A stretch of DNA of 64,000 nucleotides, from assembly GCA_951406725.2 (NCBI GenBank), contig OX597822.1, forward strand, positions 53,754,001 to 53,818,000, in the 5' to 3' direction. This DNA is from Octopus vulgaris. Taxonomy: Eukaryota. Numbering within the stretch: position 1 is the stretch's first letter; each line of letters starts with the position of its first letter. The translations under genes and the position numbers were made by a program. The notes under the pieces were generated by a model. It saw nothing but the letters and a program-made list of their open reading frames with translations. It was not told the DNA's origin and searched no databases. Positions 1 to 13,468 of this stretch are shown piece by piece.

Positions 1-449
1 ACTTACTTATAATTTCATTTGGTTACTAATTTTACTAATTTTACGTCGCTTTGACGTAGTTGTTAGTGCAGCAATACGATTTAATGTAGAAACAGAGTTC
101 GAATCTCGTAGATGATATTACAATTTCTTTTCTTCTCTCATTCTTCTATAATATTAGTAAGATAGTGGACTACTATCTAAAATGTTTTTTTTTTATATGA
201 CTCATCCCATATTTTAAAGAGTGTTTTTGTTGTTTTTTTAAACGTGCGTGTGGAGCACTTAATATATTTGTATTCTGTTGAATGATCAGATAGTCTTGTA
301 GCAAGGTTCCTGCTGAGTTTTGAACCATCACTCACGGAATTTCTAAGCTCAAGCCTACGAGACCAACATTATCGCATAAAAGGCAATACGTTGAATATTC
401 TTCATGAATATGATTCGGCCAATCAGCACAGGCTGACATATTATGGTTG

Positions 450-1830
450 ATGCGGCGAACTTCGAAGGAAATGTGTAAAAGCGAATCATAAATGGACGAC
501 AATGATATTAAACTTGATGCGAGAGAGAAATTAAATTATATTGCCGAAACATTAAATCTTATAACATCTACGGCCGGAATAGAACGTGACAACAGAGAGA
601 AAATTATATCTGGTGCACAAGAAACTGCTTGTTAACTGTCCGGACCTTATTTCTTCATAGATCTAATGTAGTGCTTAATATGGAACGACTCTCGAGTGTA
701 TGGATCGAGGATCAGAATCGGTGCATTATACCAATAAACATGCCAAAAGTCTATATGATTTGCAGAAAAAGGAAGGTGAAACTTCTAATGAAAAACACCT
801 TTTCAGCTAGTAATGGCTGGGCTGAAATGTTTAAGAGGCGTATGAGTTTGTACAATGTAAAATGACTGATAAAACTGCAAGCGCTGATACAGAGACTGTT
901 ACTAATTATCCTGAGTAATTGAAGAAAATGATTAGTGAAGGGGGCTACACACCAGAGCAAGTTTAAAATGTAGATGCAACTGCACTTTTCTTGAAGCGCC
1001 TGCCCGCTAGAATTTTTATTTCTCGAGAAGGAAAATCAACACCATGATTTTAAAGCTTCCAAAATCGTCTGGCAGTTCTTTGAGGATGAAATGCTGCTGA
1101 TATTATGAAATTAAGACCCCTATTTGTGTATCATTCCGAAAATTCAAGGGCTTTGAAGGGTTACACAAAGTTTAATCTACCTCTGATTTGATGTTCGAAT
1201 AAGAAGGCATGGATGACTAAGAGTGGTTTACAAATGTTTTTTGTTCTACAGTAGAAAGATACAGTGCCAGGTATAATATTTCCAATAAAACGTTAATTCT
1301 TTTAAAAAATGCACTGAGCCATCCAGTGAACTTAGACGACCTTTCTGATAATGTGAGAATAGAATATATCGCCAAGAATACAACTTCGCTGTTACAGTCA
1401 ATGGGTTGGGATGTGATAGCTAACTTCAAGACAGATTATATTTGAATTTTCAAACAACTTATGAAATCAATTGACATGGAAGATAAACCTAGAGATGGAG
1501 AGTTCTGGATGAAATCCAAAATAATGGATGCTGTTGATAATATACCTAAGTCATGGGATGAAGGGAAACATTCAACTTTGAATAGTGCTTGGAAAATATA
1601 TATGGCCAGACTGTATCCGTAACATTGTAAGTTTTCCTGAATCAGAAAGTCTACATAAAATTCAGAAAGATATTGTAACACTTGCAAAGGATATAGGATT
1701 TGAAGAAGTCATAGAAGATGATATAACTGAGTTATTAGTGTCCCAGAGAGAAGGTTTATCTGTTAGCAAAAGAAGCAGAGGATGCAAACGAAACTACAGG
1801 AATTCCACCAATGCCACTTAAATTGATTAC
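450..1830 (+). mobile_element. Degenerate Tigger/pogo-family (CENP-B HTH + DDE_1) transposase remnant
   Basis: Frameshifted translation gives LNMERLSSVWIEDQ, FSASNGWAEMFKRR, EGGYTPEQV*NVDATALF, NKKAWMT and LAKDIGFEEVIEDDITELL, typical TIGD/Tigger motifs. Many stops; no TIRs recognised. Confidence 0.8.
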
Positions 1831-2762
1831 AAAAATTATTTTCCTGGGATTAACCAACATAACTCCATGCGGTATCTGCAACTGTTATCAATATTTGAAG
1901 ATAGAATAATCAATATTTGAAGATAGAAAAAGAAAAGCCATCACAGAGATAAATTACATAACCCCCTGCCCGCAGAGTCTGATAACTCTCTTTTGTTGTC
2001 CATTTTTTTATATACTGTTGGTAAAAAAAGTTCCAGAACATTCTGCAAACTGTTTGGCGGCAAGATTTCCACTCACAAATCGATCTAATTTACCGATCCA
2101 CAATTGCCTGAGCCTAATGACTTTTATGGAATCCGTGGTCTGAAGCTGAGAAGCATGAGTCCGATGGTTGAAAACACAGTCATCTCACTATGCCATTTTT
2201 TAAACCATTTTCTGAAGTTCTTCATTGACGTTTAGCACTGATTTTCTTGTTATTTTCCCAAGTTATAATATTATATTATAGAAGTGGTTACTCGAGGGAG
2301 GAATAAAAAGTTTATTAATGTTTTTATAGGAAAGAATTAATTGCATCTGGTTATATCGTAAAGACAGATTTTTAGCTGTTTATAAATTGATTAAATTAAC
2401 GTGGTCGGTTTATGTGATTTTGTCATGTATTTGTGCGTCTAGCAAATGTCGAGATGATGTATCACATTCTCCTATCTGTTTTCTCTATGTTTGCGTATTA
2501 ATTATACTAATACACTGTGTGTGAGTAGTAGTATAAATAGTATTTGCATATGAGTGGAGTAATGATTTGACTGTTTATTGTTTAATATTAATTTGTGAAC
2601 CAGACTGGTCTAATCTATTGATTAGTTCACTGCTCAGTTTTCCAAAAGAAAGTTTCAACGGCATTTTTCAATGAGAAATACCGTTGCAAGACCAGTAAAG
2701 TAGAGTACCGTGTTTTGTGGTCTGGTAGATACGGAATCGTGGAAGAAAATAATACTTATTTA

Positions 2763-2990
2763 AGGCGGTGAGTTGGCAGAAACGTTAGCACATCGAGCGA
2801 ATGCTTAGCGGTATTTCGTCTGCCGTTACGCTCTGAGTTCAAATTCCGCTGAGGTCGACTTTGCCTTTCATCCTTTCGGGGTCGATAAATTAAGTACCAG
2901 TTACGCACTGGGTGTAATCGACTAAATCCGTTTGTCTGTCCTTGGTTGTTCCCTCTATGTTTAACCCCTTGTGGGCAATATAGGAATAAG
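2763..2990 (+). mobile_element. tRNA-derived SINE, family 1
   Basis: Head ggcggtgagttggcagaaacgttagc...gagttcaaattcc (A/B box-like), then body gaggtcgactttgcctttcatcctttcggggtcgataaa; the same sequence recurs at ~6945, 8981, 19940 and 20313. Confidence 0.85.
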
Positions 2991-3029
2991 AAAAGTATAC
3001 TTATTTTAAGTCTGGTTACAACCGTTATA

Positions 3030-3490
<461 letters not shown>

Positions 3491-3824
3491 TTTTAAAAAA
3501 TTTTACTTAGCAAAATTCCATCCGCATGATCGGGCTGTACCGAAGGGGCACACGCTAAATGCCTGGTTACCAAGTAAAATTGGCAGGCAACCTAAGAGAT
3601 TGCTGATGCACATCATCGAGAGAAATCACTAGACAAAGGCCACCTACCTGGTGGTTTGTGGCCAGGTATTATTGTAGTGTAACTCTTTGTTCTTTGATTT
3701 AAGTGTCCTACAATTATTCATGCGACATACCATTGTGATCGTACAACTCCCGCCTCTGCTGACCACCTTCCAGCCACCAGCGCCCTACAATTGCTACTAA
3801 TCACCCCTAGCAATGTCGAAGATA

Positions 3825-4218
3825 CTCTTTATCTCCTTTATCGTCTATTCCTTTCAGTCATTAGACTGCAGCCATGCTGGAGTACCGCCTTTAAGAATTT
3901 TTAGGCAAATGAACCGACCCGAGTACTTATATTTTAAAGTACTGGTACTTATTCTATCGGTATCTTTTACCAAACCGCTAAGTTACAGGGACGTAAATAC
4001 ACCAACACCAGCAGTCGAGCGGTGATGGGGACAAAATCAGACACAAAGACACAGATATATGTGTGTGTGAGTTTGAGTGTGCGACGGGCTTCTATCAGTT
4101 TCACTCCTGAGGTTTTGGTCATCCCGGGGATACTTGCCCAAGGTGCCATGCAGCGGGATTGAACCAGGAACCATATGGTTTGCAAGAAAGCCTCTTACCA
4201 CACAGTTATGCCTACGCC
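3825..4218 (-). mobile_element. SINE family 2, diverged
   Basis: Reverse complement of the family 2 sequence seen at 10953-11362. Confidence 0.75.
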
Positions 4219-4236
4219 TAAAGATAAAAACAGATA

Positions 4237-4310
4237 TGGCCAGCATATAGCTCGAACCCACGACATTCCCGTTATTAGAACGACGCTCTAACCAACTGAG
4301 CCAACCAGCC
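4237..4310 (-). pseudogene. tRNA-Ile(AAT)-derived pseudogene
   Basis: Minus strand ggctggttggctcagttggttagagcgtcgttctaataacgggaatgtcgtgggttcgagctatatgctggcca aligns with eukaryotic tRNA-Ile-AAT, but the anticodon and T stems have mismatches. T5 run downstream (aaaaa at 4226-4230). Confidence 0.75.
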
Positions 4311-5204
4311 TGCTGGTTTCATCCTGATTTTTTTTTTCACGAAAGAATGCGTCTTCACTGCAATAAAATGCGTTAAATATACTTGTAGCTGTATGTGGTT
4401 GTGTAGTCTCGAGTCAAACTCTGTCACGCAGATAAGTCGGTCGAAAGATTAGCATTGTCCTCATTAGATCATGTCTCTTAAAATGGGGACCAAGCTGTTC
4501 CGTCGACATGTAATGATGAATGGCATGTAATGTTAGTTTGATAACCTGAATATGCCATACTCTCTCCACAATTCAATCTTATGTCTGCCAACGAAGAAAT
4601 TTCGGTAGATCTTGATACTTTCGCCCGCACGATTTTCAGTAAGAAAAAAAAATCTCGGATTTTTTTGCGTGGAATCCCTTTATTTTTGTTCGGAAAAAAA
4701 GAGGGGAGGAAACGGACCCATCCCGCTATCCCGGAATCATTGGATTTTTTTTTTTTCGTTTAATGAATTACAGTGACCTCCTAAAATGCCACAAAACCTT
4801 TGTTGGGTCCAGAAAACGAGGTGGGGTGGAATGGAACCCTCGGAAATTTTACCCCCACCCCAACTCCTAACATTTTACAGAAATACATTTTCCCGAGTGT
4901 GAATTACATGTTACGTTATCAAATATATACAGAATGTGAATTAATATGTTCACATTTAAATTGTGTATATTTTACCTCGAAAATATTTTTTCTGAAGTCG
5001 TAGTGTCTGCATATATATATATATATATATCGCCAGCTATTTCGTCCGGTACCAAGCCACTGCCCTGGACTGGTATTATATTTTAACAACTCTGAATAGA
5101 TGTGAAGCAAAGTTGCTATGGGGTAGCATGGGTCTTTATTTAACTCCTTGATGGAGTTGTGGGGATACCATCGTAGCATGTCTTGGGCAGAATTGTCAAA
5201 ATTA

Positions 5205-5285
5205 TTTAAGCATTTTATCTGATCAAATTCATCCTATGGTTGCAGAACTGTTTCCTGAGGGAAATGCAATCTTTCAGGATGATTA
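5205..5285 (+). mobile_element. Tc1/mariner DDE fragment
   Basis: Translates as DQIHPMVAELFPEGNAIFQDD, the Tc1-type FQxD motif region; very short. Confidence 0.5.
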
Positions 5286-6944
5286 GTCAAGAGGAATGTT
5301 TATACTCTTTTACAGGACGTCTGAAATTAATGGGTGAGAGGGAGGAAATTATCTTTAAACCGATGGCCTAACCCGAATGATTGCAGCAGAGTGGACTCCG
5401 CCACAGGCACCCAATGACCCAAGATGGTACGATTAAACTGGGTGACGGATTAAGTCTACTACTGAAGTAGTCCACAGCTGGATTTGAACACAGAACTCCA
5501 AGAACAAGAACAAATACTGCAAGGTATTTCATTCATTGTGCTAACGATTCCACCAGTTTGCTACCTTAAGTTGCAGTTATATTTATCGACCCCAAAAAGA
5601 TGAAAAGCAAAGTTGACCTCAGTGACGTATGAACTCAGAGTGCAAGAAGCCGGAATAACTACCAGAAGGCATTCTGTCCGATTGTCCGATATTCTAACAT
5701 CTCTGTCAATTCCTCTCTATCTGTTCCGAGTTGTATTATCCAGTTTAACACAACCTCCTTTGCTGTTTATTCTGTTGCAAGCGTTCGGGCCAGATCTCCA
5801 GTTTGAAGACAGCTTCTTCTCTTCCTCCATCCCCATCCGAAGCTCTGAAATATAAAGGTTTATAGGCGTTGGCCTCCCTTATCCCCTATGTTGGTCACAG
5901 CGGGATTTGAACTCAAAACACAAAGGAGCGGGACAAATACCGCGAGGCAACCCATCCAACGCGCTAATGATTCCGTTCTACGAGTCTTCCACCTTGGAAT
6001 GGCACTTTATCGACTCAGAAGGACAAAAAGTGCAAAACGTTTACTTTGGTAGGATATGGACTCAGAAAACAGTGCTAAGAAAAATAAACTCATGTAATTG
6101 TATGTGTAAGAGTCAGGGAAGCCATTGGTGTTGTTGTGCAATAGCACAGTCGTGTTATGGCAACTTCGACCAATCAGAGCTGGGCGTGTAGGGATACCAA
6201 AGGGCAGTTATCCGCCCTCTCGGTTGGCGCGCGATTTTCTGACAATCAACGGTTGGACTCGACACGGACCACATTGCTTCTCTATAATGGAACCTGCCTT
6301 TTAGTATTTCTTACCATCTCAGCGCCGCAAGCTACTGAATCAAATTAAGCTCTCAATACTGACCAGATCATGGTCATCCTATTACGTTTTTGTCAACTCC
6401 ACCTTGCGAGTACCTTTTCAGCTAGTCTTTATCTACACAACGCTACATACATCATGAGTGGTTTATTTCCGTCTCTGCTAGCTTTTTACGGCTTACAGCT
6501 AAATCATTTGTTCAATCGTAAGTTTAATCGCTCTCCTCTGACTCCTACATATACGCCCGCTTCGCCCATCACTTGTCAGCTCTCATTACCATTCAAATAA
6601 AGTTGCAATGTTTCGTTTATAAACATGCCCTCTGATATTCATTTATATGTGCTTCTCAAAAGCACATTTACAATGGTGACCTTTTACATTGCTTACATTT
6701 TACACTGTATATTTTCCACATTGATGATTCTTTACATATGTATATCAGGTTAAGTATTTTGGAAATAGGTGTCAAATTACTGAGTCCTGAGGAATACCAT
6801 CTTCTACTCCAGTTTCTAGTGATTTAAAGTCATCTATTTCTAGATATTACACCCTGTTCACTAGGTAAACATTTAAGCCGTTTATTTCCTCTAAACTTTA
6901 TATACTAATATACTGGAAGCTTGATGTCAGTTTTTGATTGGCTA

Positions 6945-7140
6945 TCGTTACTGCGCCGGGCAAAATGCTTACCGACATTTTGTACGTCTTTACGTTCTGA
7001 GTTCAAATTCCGCCGAGGTTGACTTCGCCTTTCATCCTTTCGGAGATGATAAAATAAGTACTAGTTGAACACTGAAGTTAATGTAATCGACTTATCCGCT
7101 CTCTTGAAATTACTGACCTTGTGCCAAAATTCAAAGCCAA
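6945..7140 (+). mobile_element. SINE family 1
   Basis: gagttcaaattccgccgaggttgacttcgcctttcatcctttcgg body. Confidence 0.75.
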
Positions 7141-7544
7141 TATTTAGAGGTCTACAGTTTTAAAAAATATTATAGCAATAAGTCACATGCATCAGCTGTT
7201 TTACTAAGAAGTTAATGGTAGGTTTGTCATTAGGAGAAGAAGGAAGAGGAGAAGAAGGAAGAGGAGAAGGAATGCACATGACCGTCGCAGGCTCTCATAG
7301 TTTAGTGAGATTCACGTAGTTGTAGGAAGAACCAACACCTCTTCTACACTTGATGGATCATTAGTAGTTTGATATGTCACGTTCTCTAATGCTTCTCAGT
7401 CAATGGATCTACAGTAAGAAATTACCAGAAGGGATCTACGTCACCAATTTACATGCTTCTAATTATCACATCGTTATATATCTTTACCAACTTTACATCT
7501 GTGCTTTCTCTTGGGTATTAGGGTCGGGCATGTGGGAATTAGGT

Positions 7545-8130
7545 CGGGCATGTAAGTAATGCGATCTTTAAATGTACTGGTTGTCAGAGCCTCGTTACAG
7601 TAGGAGACCGCTACAGCGAAGACATCTTTATTGGAAGACAGGTTCAAGATATTCTCACTGACACCCTTTAGCATTTAAACCGGCCATAACCGGTCAAAAT
7701 ATTCTACCTGTTTTATGTTCAAATCAGCCAGATCCGGACTCTCATACATATCCTACAATGTCATTCTTAAAATAAACAATCACATCGTCGAAATCTCGAA
7801 GCTAGTGGTTAATGCTTGCTAAACTGGAAACAATTTAATACATGTAATTGCATTACTTTTGACAGAATAATCTGAACGCTAAAGAGTTAATAGATTTTTA
7901 AACACTGTAGGCGAGTGGCAGGGAATTATATTGAAGTAGGCACATTTTTGATTGGTTTACAGTATGGCCTGTATGAGCCTGTGCCTAAATCGAGTGTTAC
8001 TTCTAAGAAGTAAACTACGGTTAGATTAGATCTTGGTAGATGAGTTGGGTCTTCTTTAGACTAGGGGATAAACATTCTGGGCTATATCTTGATGGAAGTA
8101 AATGTAGGTTGAAAGTATTGGTTTATTAGC
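7545..8130 (-). mobile_element. Penelope-like RT fragment, interrupted by a MITE
   Basis: Minus strand ...CHSPTVFKNL / VSENILNLSSNKDVF...YCNEAL matches the SNHPPNIIKSLVKNISLRISKLSSNSDIF segment of the 30752-31834 ORF. Confidence 0.6.
7663..7890. mobile_element. Non-autonomous TIR element (TTAA-type end, piggyBac-like MITE)
   Basis: Ends accctttagcatt / aacgctaaagagttaa are imperfect inverted repeats with a terminal TTAA; splits the Penelope fragment. Confidence 0.55.
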
Positions 8131-8368
8131 TCGATTCTTTTATTTAACCTGAATATTTACTTGGTATATAAAAAGACTGGCCACCGTGTTGAGTTGCTAA
8201 CAGAGACTTTCCCTCCGTGTCATATTACGCCGTTTCATATTATCGTTTCTATTAATTGTATTGCCTGAACACTTTTCCTATTAATGTAAAAAAAAAAGTA
8301 TCCTGTTACAAAATCACAAGACGGATTCTTCAGTCCGAGCCATCCGGCAAAGAGACCTAGGGCTAGAC

Positions 8369-8716
8369 CAGTGGTTCTCAACTGGGGACCATATGGTCTC
8401 TGAGAGTCCATATACGAGTTTTGAGGGTCCACACCGCAAAACAGTAAATTGGTGATCCAGAATAGTATTTTAAGGACCCATAAAAACAATTTGCTTTAGA
8501 TGTATGTATTGTTTATGTATTGCAAGAAACAGCTAGGTTTCTTTCTCTAACATTTTACATGGTTCAGCCTACACAAATTATTGTCTGAAAAACAAAATAG
8601 GAATTCTGAAAAGTTTCTATAAATCTAGTTTTTAAACATCGAATGATTATGGGGGCCCACCAGAATTAAAATAGTAATCAAAGGGGTCCATAAGCAAAAG
8701 GGGTTGAGAATCCCTG
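8369..8716. mobile_element. hAT (Charlie-like) MITE
   Basis: TIRs cagtggttctcaac / gttgagaatccctg; 8-bp TSD ggctagac (8361-8368) / tgctagac (8717-8724). Confidence 0.85.
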
Positions 8717-8980
8717 TGCTAGACGAAGAACGAAATGATTGTATGGTATCCATTGTCTCAGTTGGTCGTGCTTGGGAATCCAACTGGATAGTCTAATGAC
8801 GGTTATTTCTGATTAGGACCCAATGGAGACGGTGACTGCAGACTCTAACCCATCCCAACGATCATCTAAGGAATAATAAATGGAGAAGATGGAGGAATCA
8901 ATGAATATGTGGATCGCAACTCACTGCAGCCATTATACTTGCTCTCTCAGAATTGACCTTGGGCTATACAACAATAGCAA

Positions 8981-9397
8981 GGCGGCGAACTGGCAGAATC
9001 GTTAGCACACCGGGCGAAATGCTTAGCGGTATTTCGTCTGCATTACGTTGTGAGTTCAAATTCCGCCGAGGTCGACTTTGCCTTTCATCCTTTCGGGGTC
9101 GATAAACAAAGTACCAGTTACGCACTGGGGTCGATGTAATCGACTTAATACCTATGTCTGTCCTTGTTTGTCCCCTCTGTGTTTAGCCCCTTGTGGGTAA
9201 TAAAGAAATAGGTATTTCGTCTGCCGCTACGTTCTGAGTTCAAATTCCGCCGAGGTCGACTTTACCTTTCATCCTTTCGGTGTCGATGAAATAAGTACCA
9301 GTTACGCACTGGAGTCGATATAATCGACTTAATCCGTTTGTCTGTCCTTGTTTCTCCTCTCTGTGTTTTGCCCTTTGTGGGTAGTAAAGAAATAGGT
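8981..9397 (+). mobile_element. SINE family 1, head-to-tail dimer
   Basis: Full monomer 8981-~9210 followed by a 5'-truncated second monomer starting ggtatttcgtctgcc. Confidence 0.85.
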
Positions 9398-9702
9398 TAC
9401 TTCAGATAGGACCCAATGGAGACCGTGCCTGCAGACTCTAACCCATCCCCACGATCATCTAAGGAATAATAAATGGAGAAGATGGAGGGATCAATGAATG
9501 TGCGAATCGCAACTCACTGCAGCCATTATACTTGGTCTCTCAGAATTGACCTTGGGCTATACAACAATAAGTAACAACAACAATGCCATGCACTGGGTTG
9601 TCTCATTTCTACATTTCAGTAAGTTGTTTGCGACCATATGAAGAACAAGCAGCAGCAACAACAACGGCGGCGGCAGCGATAGGAGAGGGCCTTGGCGGAG
9701 GT

Positions 9703-9768
9703 AGTTGTTGTTGTTGTGGTGGTGGTGGTGGTGGTGGTGGTGGTGGTGGTGGTACTGCTACTGCTGCT
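9703..9768. repeat. (GTT)n/(GGT)n/(GCT)n trinucleotide tract
   Basis: Direct reading; source of the poly-G/poly-P ORFs. Confidence 0.9.
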
Positions 9769-10002
9769 GTCGCTGATGTGACAGTAGTGTCAGCAGTATT
9801 TGGTGGCACCACTTGTAATGGTGTAGATTAATTTTCGTGGTTGGAACAGATACTTAATACTTAAAACACAATATAAAATATAATCGAAAGAAGAAAACAA
9901 GTTTCAAACAACAAAATATCTATTGACAGAAAATTCAATAACGTTGCCCCAGCATGACCACAGAACAATGATCGCAGTAATACTAATAACAGTAGAGGGA
10001 AG

Positions 10003-10018
10003 AAAAAAAAAAAAAAAA
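10003..10018 (-). terminator. RNA polymerase III terminator (T16) of tRNA-Ser
   Basis: A16 on the + strand, 6 nt downstream of the tRNA 3' end. Confidence 0.8.
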
Positions 10019-10024
10019 GCTAGT

Positions 10025-10106
10025 CGACGAGGATGAGATTCGAACTCACGCGGGGAGACCCCAATGGATTAGCAGTCCATCGCCTTAACCACTCGGCCAC
10101 CTCGTC
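10025..10106 (-). tRNA. tRNA-Ser(GCT)
   Basis: Minus strand gacgaggtggccgagtggttaaggcgatggactgctaatccattggggtctccccgcgtgagttcgaatctcatcctcgtcg: 82 nt, paired acceptor, D, anticodon (GCT), variable (gggg/cccc) and T stems. Confidence 0.96.
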
Positions 10107-10952
10107 TGCGACAGTAAGTGTGTAAAAATTAATATATATAAATAAATTATTTAATAACGATAGTTTTATATTATTTATTGTGTTCAATGTTATCAGTTGC
10201 TTTTGGTGAACTTTATATTCACTGATTTCTTATCTTTAATGAATTATTTAAATCTATATTCTCGAGATTCACGCTGAAGAGAAGCACAAATTCTAACAGC
10301 GTAGTCGTCCGTCTCTTTCCGTCTGTCTTTTTAGCTATTGCGTCTGTTATTGTTGCGTGTGTGTGTGTGCCCGCGTTTGAGTATATGTATGGCCGAGTGT
10401 TTGTGCGCGTGTTTGAGTGTATGTGTGTGTGTACGTGTGTGTGTGTGTGTGCGCGTGTGTGTGTGTGTGTGCGTGTGTGTGTATGAGTATATGCGTGCAT
10501 GAGTGCGTGTAGTGCATATGTTGTGTTGTGTTTCTGCGTGTGTTTGTTTTGTGTATGTATGTGTGTGTGTTTGACTGCGTGTGTTTGTATGTTGCGTTTA
10601 GTAGGAGGTCAGCGCCAACCTAGCAAACTCTGTAATAAAAAGTTGTTCCAATCATGGCCATCCTACCTTTTCGTTTTATCCCAGACTAAATTGGCCATGT
10701 CCTTCTTTAATGCGGTAATATGTAGTTTGAAGGAATATAGTTACTATTTCTAACAAGTCGAGAGACTGCGTAGACACTCTTATCTTACGTGCTTATATAT
10801 ATGGAGAAGTGGGCAGAATATAAGGTATTTTTACTGCATTTCTGACTTTTGAGACAAAATGTATTTTTTAGAAATGTTCACGATCTTACAAGAACTATAT
10901 CTGCTAAGCAAATGGTCTTCCCTAAATGCATTAAAAACATTATAATATAATC

Positions 10953-11362
10953 GGCGCAGGAGTGGCTGTGTGGTAAGTAGCTTGCTAACCAACCACATGG
11001 TTCCGGGTTCAGTCCCACTGCGTGGCATCTTGGGCAAGTGTCTTCTGCTATAGCCCCGGGCCGACCAATGCCTTGTGAGTGGATTTGGTAGACGGAAACT
11101 GAAAGAAGCCTGTCATATATATGTATATATATATAAGTGTGTGTGTTTATGTTTGTGTGTCTGTGTTTGTCCCCCTAGCATTGCTTGACAACCGATACTG
11201 GTGTGTTTACGTCCCCGTCACTTAGCGGTTCGGCAAAAGAGACCGATAGAATAAGTACTAGGCTTACAAAGAATAAGTCCCGGGGTTGATTTGCTCGACT
11301 AAAGGCGGTGCTCCAGCATGGCCGCAGTCAAATGACTGAAACAAGTAAAAGAGTAAAGAGTA
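10953..11362 (+). mobile_element. SINE family 2, near full length
   Basis: ggcgcaggagtggctgtgtggtaag...ggttccgggttcagtcccactgcgtggcatcttgggcaagtg...gccgcagtcaaatgactgaaacaagtaaaagag. Confidence 0.9.
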
Positions 11363-12106
11363 ATCCTGATCACTATTTCAGAAAATTATCGCCGATCTCT
11401 TTGAGTAAAAAAAAAGACAAATTTGGCTGGGGCAAAACGAGTAAGACAAGATAATATAAAAATACCGCTTTAGTTCTCTAGAAAACAAACTCATACTCAA
11501 TATCTATCCTTAGACATCAGAAATGCGAAACAAAACAAAATATTAAATATCAAAATGCGATGAAAGAGGGTCAGGGGAAAATGACACATGGTATGAAATC
11601 AACAAAACTCAACTAAATACTAAAGAAAACTCTAGACAAAATATTCTCTATAGTTTCTTCACAATATTCTGGAGTGTCTCCCTTCGCGTCATATTTACGC
11701 TCCGTGTTGTGTAAGTTGAAGAAGTTTATGAAATTAGTCATTACTCATTTTACCCCATTCTAGGCCTCATTTTTTTGAAACTTGGAAATGACAAAATTAA
11801 ACATTAGTTTTGGGGGAAAAAATTAACTTGGAATCCAACAGAGAAAAGAATATTGATAGTCAAACACCAAAATTATCCTGATGTTTTATTAGCAACGCCA
11901 ATTACAATCGGGTTAAAGTTGAGGAAAAATTTCTTGACAGAAAAATACCTGTCCCCTGACCATGTTTCAAATTCTCTCAACTACAATAACAACGACTATG
12001 CTGACCAATATTTTATTCCTGAGGATGATGCAACTGTACAAAATGATGATGAAATATTTGCAATGTAATGATTTCAAACAGGTAAGGAGAACTCCACCCC
12101 GCCCTT

Positions 12107-12182
<76 letters not shown>

Positions 12183-12218
12183 AAGACAGGCAGGCAGACA
12201 GGCAGGCAGGCAGGCAGG

Positions 12219-12249
<31 letters not shown>

Positions 12250-12252
12250 ACG

Positions 12253-12313
<61 letters not shown>

Positions 12314-12349
12314 GCAGGCAGGCAGGCAGACAGACAGACAGACAGACAA

Positions 12350-12415
<66 letters not shown>
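12107..12415. repeat. (GATA)n/(GACA)n/(GGCA)n compound tetranucleotide microsatellite
   Basis: Direct reading; explains the IYLS/VCLS ORFs. Confidence 0.95.
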
Positions 12416-12789
12416 GCATGTATGTTTATATGTATGCACATATGTATGTGTGTATGCATGTATCTATGTGCATGCACGTAAGTATGTGTATGTATGTATA
12501 TATGTATATATTTGTTGGTCTGCGCTGTGTAAATGCTTCTATGTTCATTATTATAATTATGTTTAGATCGACTTTGCTTTCCATCCTTCGAGGTCGATAA
12601 ACTGGGTACCAGTGGAGCACTGGGGTCGATGAAATCGACTAGCCCCCTCCCCTAAAGTTTTAAGCCTTGTGCCTATAGTAGAAAGGATTATTATAGCTAC
12701 ATTTACCTGCTTCAGTGTGTGCGTGCGTGTGTGTGTGTGTGTGTGTGTCTGTGGGTGTATGTGTGTGCGTGCGCGCGCGCGCGCAACTG

Positions 12790-12963
12790 TTTACTCTTTT
12801 ACTTGTTTCAGTCATTAGACTGTGGCCATGCTGGAGCAACACCTTTAGTCGAGCAAATCGACTAGTACCTATTCTATCGGTCTCTTTTGCCGAACCGCTA
12901 AGTTACGGGGACGTAAACACACCAGCATCGGTTGTCAAGTGGCAAACACAGACACACAAACAT

Positions 12964-12996
<33 letters not shown>

Positions 12997-13143
12997 CATA
13001 TATACGACGGACTTCTTTCAGTTTCCGTTTACCAAATCCACTCACAAGGCTTTGGTCGGCCCAAGGTTCCACACAGTGGGACTGAACCCGGAACCATGTG
13101 GTTCGTAAACAAGCTACTTACCACACAGCCACTCCTACGCCTA
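12790..13143 (-). mobile_element. SINE family 2 with internal deletions
   Basis: Reverse complement of the family 2 head and tail. Confidence 0.8.
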
Positions 13144-13468
13144 TGTTTGTTAGCTGTTTCTCTCTAACCACAAACCCGACTTATATTTCTTCTATTATAT
13201 TTCCAGTTAAATGTAGCATAAATCTACACCAGTTATCGGTAGATACTTTCCTTTATCGAACCTTGAAGGAGGAAAAGTGAAGTTGAAACCTCGACGGTAT
13301 TTCAACATAGAACGTAAATAAGGCTGAGCTAGAAATGAAATAAAGCGTGGTGCCGGTTGCGGCAGAAAAAAACTCCCATATTTTATGCAGCCATTAGCGC
13401 AGTTCAAGTAAAGTTAGGCCGGTGGTTATCCTCATGTAGTTAATGTTTTGTGGCTTTGAGTTGGGGTG

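Noticed and set aside
50-118. gagttcgaatctc B-box-like motif
   Set aside because: No cloverleaf or convincing A box; at best a decayed tRNA/SINE head.
6785-6860. cctgaggaatac as a hammerhead core
   Set aside because: No matching GAAA or stem III downstream.
9583-9831. Poly-G/poly-P ORFs
   Set aside because: Trinucleotide tracts with no domain or splice support.
11967-12477. Long ORFs with IYLS/VCLS repeats (also the YI/TH/CV ORFs at 3.1, 18.4, 28.2-28.9, 32.8 and 36.7 kb)
   Set aside because: Translations of microsatellites.
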